A stretch of 64,000 nucleotides of DNA. Origin: an uncultured Planctomycetia bacterium. Its GTDB lineage: Bacteria; Omnitrophota; Gorgyraeia; 2-02-FULL-51-18. Within the stretch, counting starts at the first letter, position 1; every line of letters begins with the position of its first letter. Below, piece by piece: positions 8,540-18,525 of this stretch. The position numbers and the translations under genes were made by a program. The stretch covers positions 417,085-481,084 of the forward strand of contig CAZSGP010000001.1 in assembly GCA_964606485.1 (NCBI GenBank). Reading direction: 5' to 3'. The notes below the pieces were generated by a model. It ran no database searches. It saw nothing but the letters and a program-made list of their open reading frames with translations, and was not told where the DNA came from.

Positions 8540-9911
8540 TCTCAAAGAAATTCAAGACGCGACGGGCGGGACGGTTTTGTCGTCTGCAGCGAGTGATTTG
8601 GTGGTGCGAAAGGTGTCGACCGATACGCGCACCATCGAAAAAGGTGATTTATTTTTTGCGCTCATTGGTCCCAATTTTGACGGCCATGATTTTATAAAAG
8701 ACGCTTACGAAAAAGGCGCGCGCACTTTTGTGGTCTCGGATGAAAAAAAAGTCCCAGCCGCTGTAAAAACGACGACCAATTTAATTCACGTTGAGGACAC
8801 GCTCAAAGCTTACGGGGATCTCGCCAAACTTTATCGCCAAAAATTTAAAATTCCTGCCGTGGCTATTACGGGAAGCTCCGGAAAAACCACTCTCAAAGAA
8901 ATGACCGCGCATATTTTGGGAGCGAAGTTTAAGGTGCTCAAAAATCGCGGCACTGAAAATAATCTGGTTGGAGTTCCCAAAACCATTTTCCAGCTTGAAG
9001 AGTCCCATGAGATTTTAGTTTTAGAAATGGGCACCAATGCTCCCGGCGAAATCGAACGCCTTGCGTCGATTGTGGCGCCGCAGATCGGCGTTGTGACGCA
9101 AATCGGGCTCTCTCATTTGGAGGGCCTAAAAACGCGCGAGGGCGTGAAAGAAGAGAAGCTTAAAATTCTGACCCATTTAGAGCGCGGTGGCATTCTTGTT
9201 TTGAACGGCGAAGACGAGTTGTTGAAGGACGTTCAAAGCGGCGTTCATAAAATTATTCGTGCGGGCTTCGGAAAAGAAGGCGAAGAATGGGCAGCCGATC
9301 AAGTATGGTGTCACGAAAAGGGAAGTTCTTTTCATTTAAAAGGTGAAATCTTTGAAACACAGCTTCTAGGTCGCCACAATGTGCTGAATTGTGTGCTCGC
9401 CGTCTCAGTGGCAGGTCTACTCGGAATGGAATTTTCGGCGATTCAAAAGGCGCTCGCTTCATTTAAGCCTGTGTCCGGTCGGCTTTATTCAAAAGAACTC
9501 GCAGGCATTATCTTTTTGGATGACACGTACAACGCTAACCCAACTTCTTTGCGCGCCGCGCTCGAGACGCTAAAAGATATGAAGCTTCGTGAGCGAAAAG
9601 GCGTTGTGTGTGGAGACATGTTGGAGCTCGGCGCTCAAAATGAGACGCTTCACCGCGAGGCTGGAAAACAAATTGCGGCTATGTTGTTTGATTTTGTAAT
9701 CGCGGCCGGCCCTTCTTGTAAATTTTTAGTGGAGGAAGCTTTAAAATGCGGTTTTGACCCAACGCGCATTCATCACGTCAAAGACAGTGTGGAGGCGGGG
9801 AAGGTTTGCCGGCAAATTGCGAAAGAGGGCGACCGGATTTTAGTGAAAGGTTCCCGTGGCATGAAAATGGAGAAAGTTTTCGAATGCTTTACCACTTCCT
9901 CTACCCGCTAA
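8529..9911 (+). CDS. murF: UDP-N-acetylmuramoyl-tripeptide--D-alanyl-D-alanine ligase MurF
   Basis: AITGSSGKTT; Mur ligase domain organisation; dcw position. Confidence 0.9.
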   Translation: MDISLKEIQDATGGTVLSSAASDLVVRKVSTDTRTIEKGDLFFALIGPNFDGHDFIKDAYEKGARTFVVSDEKKVPAAVKTTTNLIHVEDTLKAYGDLAKLYRQKFKIPAVAITGSSGKTTLKEMTAHILGAKFKVLKNRGTENNLVGVPKTIFQLEESHEILVLEMGTNAPGEIERLASIVAPQIGVVTQIGLSHLEGLKTREGVKEEKLKILTHLERGGILVLNGEDELLKDVQSGVHKIIRAGFGKEGEEWAADQVWCHEKGSSFHLKGEIFETQLLGRHNVLNCVLAVSVAGLLGMEFSAIQKALASFKPVSGRLYSKELAGIIFLDDTYNANPTSLRAALETLKDMKLRERKGVVCGDMLELGAQNETLHREAGKQIAAMLFDFVIAAGPSCKFLVEEALKCGFDPTRIHHVKDSVEAGKVCRQIAKEGDRILVKGSRGMKMEKVFECFTTSSTR

Positions 9912-10972
9912 GAGATCTCTTTTTCGGGTTTAACGTTTTTCGCTACATCACGTTTCGTGCTGCTATGGCTAGCATCACGGCGTTTCTGGTTAGTTTATGG
10001 CTCGGACCGAAAGTGATTCAAGCGCTCAAGGATTTAAACCTAAAACAAACCATCGAGCGCGCCGGATTCGCCAAACTTTACGCCGAGCATCTCGGAAAAG
10101 AAAAAGTTCCGACCATGGGTGGAGTTCTCATCATGGGTGCGATGGGGGTTTCCGTTCTTTTGTGGGCGGATCTTTCCAATCGATTCGTCATTTTAAGCAT
10201 GCTCACCATGGCGTGGCTTGGGGCGGTCGGTTTTTGGGATGACTATTTAAAGCTTTCCAAGAAGGACTCAAAAGGGCTGCGCGCAAGCCTGAAATTAATG
10301 GGGCAGGTGGTTTTTGCATTGGGGCTCGGAGCGTATTTGTATTGGGATTCGCCGGCATGGCAAGTGGTTCCTGTGCCATTTTTAAAGAATGTGGTTTTTT
10401 CGCTCGGGATTTTTTACATTTTATTTGTAGTGCTTGTGATTGTGGGTTCCTCGAATGCCGTGAATTTGACTGATGGGCTAGACGGCTTGGCGATTGGTTG
10501 CACGCTGATGGTGGCACTCGCGTATTCTATTTTTAGCTATGTCACGGGAAACTTTAAAATTAGCCACTATTTGCAAATTCCATTTGTGCCGGGAGCGGGG
10601 GAGCTCACCGTGATTTGCGCGGCGCTCTTTGGCGCGGCGCTGGGTTTTCTGTGGTTTAATGCGCATCCGGCGACAGTGTTTATGGGAGATATTGGCTCTC
10701 TAAGTCTTGGTGGCGTACTCGGCGCCATAGCTGTGTTCACCAAAAAAGAACTGCTGCTCCTCATTGTCGGCGGTGTTTTTGTGGTAGAAGCGTTGTCGGT
10801 CATTTTGCAGGTCGCTAGTTTCAAGTTACGAGGCAAGCGGATTTTTTTAATGTCGCCGCTTCACCATCACTTTCAGCTCACCGGCCTCAAAGAAACAAAA
10901 GTCGTGATCCGGTTTTGGATTGTTTCGATCATCCTCGCGCTGATCGGTTTTGCGTCGCTCAAATTGCAGTAA
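9884..10972 (+). CDS. mraY: Phospho-N-acetylmuramoyl-pentapeptide transferase MraY
   Basis: Polytopic membrane protein with NAVNLTDGLDGLA and FMGDIGSLSLGG motifs. Start moved to the ATG at 9884 (MLYHFLYP); the track ORF is extended upstream into murF. Confidence 0.9.
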   Translation: MLYHFLYPLRDLFFGFNVFRYITFRAAMASITAFLVSLWLGPKVIQALKDLNLKQTIERAGFAKLYAEHLGKEKVPTMGGVLIMGAMGVSVLLWADLSNRFVILSMLTMAWLGAVGFWDDYLKLSKKDSKGLRASLKLMGQVVFALGLGAYLYWDSPAWQVVPVPFLKNVVFSLGIFYILFVVLVIVGSSNAVNLTDGLDGLAIGCTLMVALAYSIFSYVTGNFKISHYLQIPFVPGAGELTVICAALFGAALGFLWFNAHPATVFMGDIGSLSLGGVLGAIAVFTKKELLLLIVGGVFVVEALSVILQVASFKLRGKRIFLMSPLHHHFQLTGLKETKVVIRFWIVSIILALIGFASLKLQ

Positions 10973-10976
10973 TCGC

Positions 10977-12320
10977 ATGAAACTTAAAAATAAAAAAATA
11001 GCCGTCATAGGCCTTGGTAAAAGCGGGTTTGCCGCAGCGAAATTTTTGGTGTCTCAAAAAGCGCAGGTCCGCGCAACCGATGCTGGTCAGAAAAATGAAG
11101 TCTTAGAAAACGCAGGATATCTTAAGAGTCTAGGTATTTCTGTAGAAACGGGCGGTCACAGCGAAGCGTTTCTAAAAGGGGCGGAGCTGATCGTGACGAG
11201 TCCTGGGGTTCCTAAAAATAGCCTACCGCTCGCGTACGCGGCAGCCCAAAAAATTCCGGTGATCAGCGAAATTGAACTTGCCGCTGCCTTTTGCAAGGGG
11301 ACAATTATTGCCGTGACGGGTTCGAACGGAAAAACCACGACGTGTCATTTGATTCATCGCTTGCTCAGTGACGCTGGCAAAAAAAGCGCGCTCTGCGGGA
11401 ATGTTGGGTTTTCATTTATCGAGGCGCTCGGTGAAATTGATCGTCAAACACTGGTGGTGCTAGAGCTTAGCTCGTTTCAGCTCGAAGATAGCCCTCGATT
11501 CCGGCCGCAGATTGCAGTTTTACTCAATGTAAGCCCGAATCACTTGGATCGCCATAAAACCATCGAAAAATATGCCGCGGCTAAAGCCAAAATTTTTAAG
11601 AATCAAACCTCCAAAGATTGCCTGGTTGCCAATTTTGACAACGCGTTCACAAAAGAAATGGCTTTAAAGGCGCGTTCCAAAACCATTTTTTTTAGCAAAG
11701 CGCCGCTCAAGTCAGGGGTTTACGTCAAAGACGGGAAAGTGTTTTGGAAATCCAAAGGATCCGCACGCCCCATTTTGAACACGCGGACGTTTTCCCTAAA
11801 GGGCGCACACAATCTAGAAAATATGATGGCTGCGGCAGCGGTGGGGCAGGTGTTGGGTGTTTCGAGTGTGGTAACACAGAAAACGTTTGAAAATTTTACG
11901 ACGCTTGAGCATCGGATTGAGCCCGTTCGCGAAATAAAAGGTGTGCGCTTTTTCAACGATTCGAAGTCTACAACGCTCGACAGCACACGTGCCGCCATCA
12001 TGGCTGTGCCGGGACCGCTGGTTTTGATTGCGGGAGGGCGCGATAAAGGTTCAGATTTTGAGCGCATCGAAGATCTGGTCCGCGAAAGGGCGAGGTGTGT
12101 CATTTTGTACGGCGAGTCGCGCGAGAAAATTAAAAAAGCCTTCAGGAATGTTCCTGTCTGTGAAACGGAGGAGCTGTTTGAAAAAGCAGTTCTGAAAGCG
12201 TTTGGCGCAGCCCGCTCAGGGGACGCGGTTTTGCTATCGCCCATGTGTACGAGCTTCGATCAGTTCAACTCGTTTGAGCACCGCGGCGAAGTGTTTAAAA
12301 AGATCGTTCAAGGCCTCTAA
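10977..12320 (+). CDS. murD: UDP-N-acetylmuramoylalanine--D-glutamate ligase MurD
   Basis: N-terminal Rossmann IAVIGLGKSG; VTGSNGKTTT P-loop. Start at the ATG at 10977 (MKLKNKKIAVIG). Confidence 0.9.
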   Translation: MKLKNKKIAVIGLGKSGFAAAKFLVSQKAQVRATDAGQKNEVLENAGYLKSLGISVETGGHSEAFLKGAELIVTSPGVPKNSLPLAYAAAQKIPVISEIELAAAFCKGTIIAVTGSNGKTTTCHLIHRLLSDAGKKSALCGNVGFSFIEALGEIDRQTLVVLELSSFQLEDSPRFRPQIAVLLNVSPNHLDRHKTIEKYAAAKAKIFKNQTSKDCLVANFDNAFTKEMALKARSKTIFFSKAPLKSGVYVKDGKVFWKSKGSARPILNTRTFSLKGAHNLENMMAAAAVGQVLGVSSVVTQKTFENFTTLEHRIEPVREIKGVRFFNDSKSTTLDSTRAAIMAVPGPLVLIAGGRDKGSDFERIEDLVRERARCVILYGESREKIKKAFRNVPVCETEELFEKAVLKAFGAARSGDAVLLSPMCTSFDQFNSFEHRGEVFKKIVQGL

Positions 12321-13424
12321 ATGGAAACCTTGCAGAGAGTGCGTTCGCTTTTAATCGGATCAGCGCTCATTCTTATGGGCATTGGTGTCGTGATGATTTA
12401 CAGTGCCAGCGCTATTTATGCGTTTGATCAAATGAAAGACAGCACTTATTTTTTAAAACGGCATTTGGTTTACCTTGCTCTTGGCGGAATACTGCTCTGG
12501 GTGGCAAGCCGGGTCAATATTCAAGCGTTGCGGCGCCACACCAAGGCGATTTTAATTTGGGGGATTGTGCTGGTTGTTCTGGTGCTGCTTCCGTTTGTGG
12601 GTCACTCGGCGGGGGGCGCGCGGCGTTGGTTTAAAATTTTGGGGCTGAGTTTTCAACCGTCCGAGTATTTGAAGCTTGCTGTTATTTTTTACATGGCTGA
12701 TTTTTTGGATCGCCGAAAAGAAACAATTTCTGATTTAAAGCACACCGTTTTTCCGGCGATTGTAGTCTTAGGGCTTTGTGCGGGCCTCGTTTTTTTACAG
12801 CCCGATCTCGGAACCGCGGTCACGATTGCGCTTGTGACGCTTATTCTATTTTTTACGGCGGGATTTAACATTAAACATCTCTTGTCGATGATTATCTGCG
12901 GTATTCCAGTCCTTTTGTACGCGATGCTCGCAAAGCCTTACCGGCGAAAAAGAATCTTGGCGTTCGTGAACCCGTGGGAAGATCCGCGGGGAGTGGGGTA
13001 TCAGGTGATTCAATCTTTTCTAGCCATTGGCTCCGGAGGAATTTTTGGCGTGGGTCTTGGACGGTCGCAGCAAAAATTATTTTTCCTCCCGGAATCTCAC
13101 ACGGATTTTATTTTCTCGATTATTGCCGAGGAGCTTGGATTTCTAGGAACAAGTTCGATTGTAATTTTATTTGCGGTGTTTATTTTTTCAGGCATGGTGA
13201 TTGTGTTTCGTGCGAAGAGTCATTTTTCACAGCTCTTGGGCATGGGGCTTGTGAGTTTGATCGGCCTTCAGGCGGTGATCAATATTGGAGTCAGCACCGG
13301 CGCGCTGCCCACCAAAGGGTTGTCACTCCCGTTTATTAGCTACGGAGGTTCCGCGCTTTTAACGAATATGACCGCTTTGGGGTTACTCATTAATCTTTCA
13401 AGGGAGCTTCCGGAGGACTCATGA
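12321..13424 (+). CDS. ftsW: Peptidoglycan glycosyltransferase / lipid II flippase FtsW (SEDS family)
   Basis: Ten-TM SEDS protein with PESHTDFIFS and GGSALL motifs, between murD and murG. Confidence 0.9.
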   Translation: METLQRVRSLLIGSALILMGIGVVMIYSASAIYAFDQMKDSTYFLKRHLVYLALGGILLWVASRVNIQALRRHTKAILIWGIVLVVLVLLPFVGHSAGGARRWFKILGLSFQPSEYLKLAVIFYMADFLDRRKETISDLKHTVFPAIVVLGLCAGLVFLQPDLGTAVTIALVTLILFFTAGFNIKHLLSMIICGIPVLLYAMLAKPYRRKRILAFVNPWEDPRGVGYQVIQSFLAIGSGGIFGVGLGRSQQKLFFLPESHTDFIFSIIAEELGFLGTSSIVILFAVFIFSGMVIVFRAKSHFSQLLGMGLVSLIGLQAVINIGVSTGALPTKGLSLPFISYGGSALLTNMTALGLLINLSRELPEDS

Positions 13425-14506
13425 AAATTGTTCTAGCTTGCGGAGGAACTGGGGGGCACATTTTCCCGGCCTTTAGCGTCGCCGAAGAATTAAAAAAAAG
13501 AAATCCATCTGTCGAAATTGTTTATGTCTGCGGCAACATGGACATTGAAAGCGCTATTTTTAAAATTATTCGAGGTGAGCGCGTGTTTTCGGTGACGAGC
13601 GCGGCGTTCCGTGGAGGGAGATCGCTTCTTGATATTCGTTTTCTGATCAAGCTATTTAAAGGTCTTTCGGCGAGCTTCTGGTTCTTAAAAAAAGAAAAGC
13701 CGGCGCTTGTGGTGGGTTTTGGCGGATATTTTTCGTTTCCCATGGTGTTCACAGCGCGTCTACTCGGAATTCGCGCCATGGTTCACGAGCAAAATGTGAT
13801 TCCGGGGGTCGCCAATAAGATTTTAGCCAAAATGGTCAACGGTGTGGCGCTTAGCTTCGAGGACACGCTCTCTTACTTTAACGATAAACACAATTTGCGC
13901 GTGACGGGAAACCCCATTCGCTCGTCGATCGAAAATGCTTCCCAAAAAGACGCGCTTCAATTTTTTGGATTTTCTCCTGACAAAAAAACCCTGCTTGTGC
14001 TCGGGGGAAGCCAAGGAGCAGAGTCGATTAACACGCTTTTTATTGACGCGCTTTCTTATTTGGAGCCCGAATTTAAAAGTAAATTGCAGGTGTTGCATCT
14101 ATGCGGCAAAATGAATCCAGCCGAATCAGAGGCTGCGTTTAAGCGCCACGGAATTCTCGCCAAATCTTTTTCGTTTTTTGAGCGAATGGACTTGGCGTAT
14201 GGCGCAAGCTCTGCGGCGATTGGACGCGCGGGCGCTACTTTCTTAGCGGAAATTCAGGCGCGAAAAATCCCAGCGATTTTAATCCCTTATCCGTACAGCA
14301 ATGGTCATCAGTCCAAAAATGCGGAAAGTTATAGTCGGACCGATCGCGCTATCGTCGCCGAGCAATTTGGGTTATCCTCGCAGAAATTGGCAGAACATGT
14401 TAAAAGTATAGTAGCGCTTTCGGATGAACAGGGTTCGAAAACCATGCCGTCAGTGAGTGCGCGGGCGAGACTAGCGGATTACATCGAAGAAACAGTTGGA
14501 GTTTAA
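13421..14506 (+). CDS. murG: UDP-GlcNAc:undecaprenyl-PP-MurNAc-pentapeptide GlcNAc transferase MurG
   Basis: MKIVLACGGTGGHIFPA N-terminal G-loop; GGSQGA. Confidence 0.9.
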   Translation: MKIVLACGGTGGHIFPAFSVAEELKKRNPSVEIVYVCGNMDIESAIFKIIRGERVFSVTSAAFRGGRSLLDIRFLIKLFKGLSASFWFLKKEKPALVVGFGGYFSFPMVFTARLLGIRAMVHEQNVIPGVANKILAKMVNGVALSFEDTLSYFNDKHNLRVTGNPIRSSIENASQKDALQFFGFSPDKKTLLVLGGSQGAESINTLFIDALSYLEPEFKSKLQVLHLCGKMNPAESEAAFKRHGILAKSFSFFERMDLAYGASSAAIGRAGATFLAEIQARKIPAILIPYPYSNGHQSKNAESYSRTDRAIVAEQFGLSSQKLAEHVKSIVALSDEQGSKTMPSVSARARLADYIEETVGV

Positions 14507-14509
14507 GAC

Positions 14510-17500
14510 GTGAAAATTCATTTTATCGGAATTGGTGGCATTGGCATGAGCGGCATTGCGCGCCTTTATCTGCAAAGCGGCCACACCGTTTCTGGAAGCG
14601 ATTTGAAGTATGCGGATGTGATTGGCGGGCTCGAAAAGCTGGGAGCTAAAATTTTTATTGGTCACAAAGCGCAAAACGTCGAAGGCGCCGAGCTTGTCGT
14701 GTATTCCTCGAGCATTAAAAACGATCACGTGGAAATTGTGTTTGCGCGCGAACGGCAGATCCAGGTGATTCATCGTTCGGAAGCGCTGGCGCGTCTTTGT
14801 GAGGGAAGATTTACCATTGCCGTGTCTGGAACGCACGGCAAGACGACTACCACTTCGTTGATTGGTATGATTCTAAAAGAAGCTGAAAAAGATCCGCTCG
14901 TGGTGGTTGGGGGGATTGTGAAGGAGTTTGGCGGCAATGCCCGCGCAGGTTCCGGCCCTGCCGTCATCGAAGCTGACGAGAGCGATGCTTCTTTTTTAAA
15001 TTTTTCACCCAATATTTCCGTCGTCACCAATATCGAAGCCGAGCATTTGGATCACTTTGGAAATTTTGAAAATGTACTCACGGCGTTTCGAAATTTTATC
15101 AAGCGCCTGCCTGAAAACGGCGTGTGGATTGGCACGTCGGACGACAGCGGTGTGAAGATTTTGGCCGAAGAAAAAAGCCGGCGCTTTGTGGGTTGCAAGC
15201 TCGGTGAGAGTGGCGTTGATTTCTGGGCGAGCGATATTGTGGAGTGTCCCGAAGGAAACCGTGGAATTTCTTTTAATGTTTGGAAAGGCAGCGAGAATTT
15301 AGGCAAAGTGTCGATGCGCATGATGGGCACGCATAACGCCTCAAACGCGCTTTGCGCGGTAGCCGTCGGCTTGGAGTTAGGAATCAATTTTCAAGTCATT
15401 GCCTCAGCCCTCGGCAAATACGAAGGCGCCCGGCGCCGTTTTGACGTGCGCTACGAAGATTCTGAGCTATTAATTGTCGATGACTATGCCCATCACCCGA
15501 CAGAAATTAAAAAAACATTGTCTGCTGCAAGGGCCATTGCCAATAAACGCATTGTGGCGCTTTTTCAGCCGCATCGCTACTCGCGCACCGAAGCATTTTT
15601 AAATGAATTCAGCGAAAGCTTTCATCATGCCGATCAGCTCATCATTACCGATATTTATGCCGCGTCCGAATCTCCGCGGCCCGGCATTAGCGGGGAAAAG
15701 CTTTCCGAAGCCGCTCACGACGCGGGGCACCCAAACGTAACCTTTGTGAAGCGAGACCGCTTGAGCGACTTTGCTAAAAATGAAATCCGGCCAGGGGATT
15801 TAGTGATTACGCTCGGCGCCGGAGACATTAGTCAAGTGGCTAGCGAAATTTCTGATTACTTGCGTCAAAGAAGTCTTTTTTCCGGATTTCGCGGACGCGT
15901 GTTGATCAATGAATCCTTGAGCCGCCACACCTCCTTAAAAATCGGAGGACCGGTCGAAGCGTGGGTAGAGCCAGCTGACGAAGCGGATTTAAAACGGCTT
16001 TTAGAAATCGCCAAGGAAAATAATAAAAAAATTTATATTTTTGGTGGGGGAAGCAATATTTTGGTCGCCGACGAGGGCTTAAAAGGATTCGCGTTGAACC
16101 TTGGTGGAAACGCTTTTAAGGAAATTCGATTGGAAAATGGGAAGGTGCTTGTCCGGGGAGGCGTTCCCAATGCGCTATTTATTCAATTTGCGCTGGAACA
16201 CAATTTAGGCGGTTCTGAATTTTTATCAGGCATCCCGGGGACGATTGGTGGAGCGGTGGCGATGAACGCCGGAAGCCACGGACAGTCAGTGGACCTCATT
16301 TTAGAACAAATTCGTGTGATGGATTTTGATGGCAATGAAAGTGTGCTTAAAAAAGATGATCTGGGTTTCGGATACCGGACTTCGAATATTAAAAATAAAA
16401 TTGTGCTCGAGGCTACATTTGCTCTGCCAGCGCGGGCCCACGAAGAATCTCAGAAAATATTAGACGAATACCGCCAACGCCGCGCTAAAACACAGGATCT
16501 GTGGCATGCCAGTGCCGGCTGTATGTTTAAAAACCCGATGGATTCGAATTGTTCGAGCGGCAAACTCATCGACGACGCCGGTTTAAAAGGCAAGACCGTT
16601 GGTCGGGCTCAAGTTTCGGAGAAGCACGCGAATTTTATTATCAATTTGGGTGGCGCTAAGTCCGGCGACATCATTGGATTAATCCGCGAAGTTCAAAAAT
16701 CTGTCGAGCAGCGCTTTGGGTTGCGGCTAGAGGAAGAGGTTCGGTATTTTTCAGACGAGCCGGAGAAGTTGAAAGGCGCTGCCGTTGCGATTGAAGCGGT
16801 GGAACTTCCCAAAAAAATCGTGGTTTTGGCTGGGGGAACGTCTTGTGAGCGGGAAGTGTCACTCGTTTCCGGAAAAGCCGTTTGTGACGCGCTTACTCAA
16901 AAAGGATTGAATGCTATTCTGCTCGACCCTGTCGGAGATTTTGAGCCTCAGCTTCGAAACCAAAAACCGGATTTTGCGTTCATTGCCTTGCACGGAACGT
17001 TTGGCGAAGACGGAGCTGTGCAGAAAATTTTAGATAAAGAAGAAATTCCTTATAGCGGCTCAGGACCCGAAGCGAGTGCCAAAGCGTTTGATAAGGCCAA
17101 AGCTCAAGCCTTTTTTAAGGATGCAGGAATCGACGTGGCTGATTTTGCAGTGCTCGACCAAAGCTTTGGAATTCGCGTGCCTCAAGGGATCCCATTTCCG
17201 CTCGTGGTGAAGCCTTCTGCTGCCGGTTCCAGTGTGGGAATCACTCTTCTGCAGGACGCTGGTATGTTTGAGGCTGCGGTGAAAGAAGCGTTTAAGTATT
17301 CGGACAAGGTGCTCGTCGAAAAATACATCTCTGGACGGGAGTTGACGGTGGGAATTTTGGGGGACCAGACGCTTCCCATAGTCGAAATTGTATCCAAAAG
17401 AAAATTTTATGATTATCAAGCGAAATACGGCGACTCCGGAACGACGTATGAAGTGCCGGCAAAAATTGAGCCGGTCCTCGCTCAAAAGATCGCTCAAATT

Positions 17501-17725
17501 GCACTCAAAGCCCATCGCATTTTAGGCTGTGAAGCCATGTCCCGCGTTGATTTTATCCTGGGCGAAGACGGAACGCCGTATCTGCTTGAAATCAATACCA
17601 TCCCGGGTCTCACGGGCCGGAGCTTGCTCCCGAAGGCAGCCAAAGCTGCCGGCATCGATTTCGGCTCGCTTTGTGTTAAAATCATCGAGCTTTCACTGGA
17701 GTCCCAAAGTTGCCAAAGCCCGTAA
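14510..17725 (+). CDS. murC-murB-ddl: Trifunctional fusion MurC - MurB - Ddl in one ORF
   Basis: 1071-aa uninterrupted ORF. aa 1 to ~460 are MurC-like (IHFIGIGGIGMSGIA, VSGTHGKTTT). aa ~465 to ~755 are MurB-like FAD-binding reductase (LKIGGP, FGGGSNIL, GIPGTIGGAVAMNAG). aa ~770 to 1071 are D-Ala-D-Ala ligase ATP-grasp (KIVVLAGGTSCEREVSL, LHGTFGEDG, EINTIPG). There are no stops at the junctions near 15890 and 16790. Confidence 0.85.
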   Translation: MKIHFIGIGGIGMSGIARLYLQSGHTVSGSDLKYADVIGGLEKLGAKIFIGHKAQNVEGAELVVYSSSIKNDHVEIVFARERQIQVIHRSEALARLCEGRFTIAVSGTHGKTTTTSLIGMILKEAEKDPLVVVGGIVKEFGGNARAGSGPAVIEADESDASFLNFSPNISVVTNIEAEHLDHFGNFENVLTAFRNFIKRLPENGVWIGTSDDSGVKILAEEKSRRFVGCKLGESGVDFWASDIVECPEGNRGISFNVWKGSENLGKVSMRMMGTHNASNALCAVAVGLELGINFQVIASALGKYEGARRRFDVRYEDSELLIVDDYAHHPTEIKKTLSAARAIANKRIVALFQPHRYSRTEAFLNEFSESFHHADQLIITDIYAASESPRPGISGEKLSEAAHDAGHPNVTFVKRDRLSDFAKNEIRPGDLVITLGAGDISQVASEISDYLRQRSLFSGFRGRVLINESLSRHTSLKIGGPVEAWVEPADEADLKRLLEIAKENNKKIYIFGGGSNILVADEGLKGFALNLGGNAFKEIRLENGKVLVRGGVPNALFIQFALEHNLGGSEFLSGIPGTIGGAVAMNAGSHGQSVDLILEQIRVMDFDGNESVLKKDDLGFGYRTSNIKNKIVLEATFALPARAHEESQKILDEYRQRRAKTQDLWHASAGCMFKNPMDSNCSSGKLIDDAGLKGKTVGRAQVSEKHANFIINLGGAKSGDIIGLIREVQKSVEQRFGLRLEEEVRYFSDEPEKLKGAAVAIEAVELPKKIVVLAGGTSCEREVSLVSGKAVCDALTQKGLNAILLDPVGDFEPQLRNQKPDFAFIALHGTFGEDGAVQKILDKEEIPYSGSGPEASAKAFDKAKAQAFFKDAGIDVADFAVLDQSFGIRVPQGIPFPLVVKPSAAGSSVGITLLQDAGMFEAAVKEAFKYSDKVLVEKYISGRELTVGILGDQTLPIVEIVSKRKFYDYQAKYGDSGTTYEVPAKIEPVLAQKIAQIALKAHRILGCEAMSRVDFILGEDGTPYLLEINTIPGLTGRSLLPKAAKAAGIDFGSLCVKIIELSLESQSCQSP

Positions 17726-18525
17726 AAAACAGGCCTAAGAAAAAATCTGTCTTAGGTTCCTTCTCCGTCAAGATGGCCGGAGGTTTTAGAAGCACGCTCC
17801 TTGCGTGTTTTCCTTACTTTTTATCGCTGGCGCTGGCCGGAATTTTTTTTGGCGGAGTGCTAGCCTACGCGATGAATTCTTCGGCCTTTCAGTTGCGGGA
17901 TGTCAAAATTTTAAATGCCGGCCCGATGAACTATGAGCAAGCTTTCGAATTTTGTGATCTAAGACCGGGGGAAAATCTGATTACGCTTGATCTTGTGGCT
18001 GTTCAACAGGTGATTCGCCGCAAGCATCCCGAGTTTAAAGAAGTTCGTGTTTCGAGAGTGCTGCCTAACCGCGTGGAAGTGGTGCTCAAGCGCCGCACAC
18101 CTGCCGCACAAATTGCATTTGGATCGCGCTTTGTGCAAATGGACCGCGATCTTGTTATTCTTCCTGGATCTGCCAATGCGCCTTTTAAAAATTTAACGGT
18201 TATCGACGGCGCTGTGGTTCCAAAGACCGGACTTTTTGTCGGCTCGAGTTTAACCGACCCCATGACCAAAAAAGCGCTAAAGCTTACTGAAATTATCAGG
18301 CAGTCGGAGCTCTCCAAAAAACACGTGCTTACCTCTATCGACATTCGTGACCCCAAGAACGTCTCCTTTTATTTTGATGGGGACCTGGAAATTCGTGTGG
18401 GCGGAAATCATTTTATTGAGAGGCTCAAAATTCTCGAGCAAACGACGAAAAACATCGAACTCGATCGCTCTAAGGTCCGATACGTCGATCTGCGTTTTGA
18501 CGACGTCGTCATCGGTCCCCGATGA
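17710..18525 (+). CDS. ftsQ: Cell division protein FtsQ/DivIB (POTRA domain)
   Basis: N-terminal TM helix and POTRA-like LRDVKILNAGPMNYEQAFEFCDLRPGENLITLDL. dcw position. The start may be M23 at 17773. Confidence 0.75.
   Translation: MPKPVKNRPKKKSVLGSFSVKMAGGFRSTLLACFPYFLSLALAGIFFGGVLAYAMNSSAFQLRDVKILNAGPMNYEQAFEFCDLRPGENLITLDLVAVQQVIRRKHPEFKEVRVSRVLPNRVEVVLKRRTPAAQIAFGSRFVQMDRDLVILPGSANAPFKNLTVIDGAVVPKTGLFVGSSLTDPMTKKALKLTEIIRQSELSKKHVLTSIDIRDPKNVSFYFDGDLEIRVGGNHFIERLKILEQTTKNIELDRSKVRYVDLRFDDVVIGPR

Noticed and set aside
11720-12244. 174-aa antisense ORF inside murD
   Set aside because: Antisense to a gene with clear Mur ligase motifs; no RBS; Ser/Ala/Arg-rich composition.
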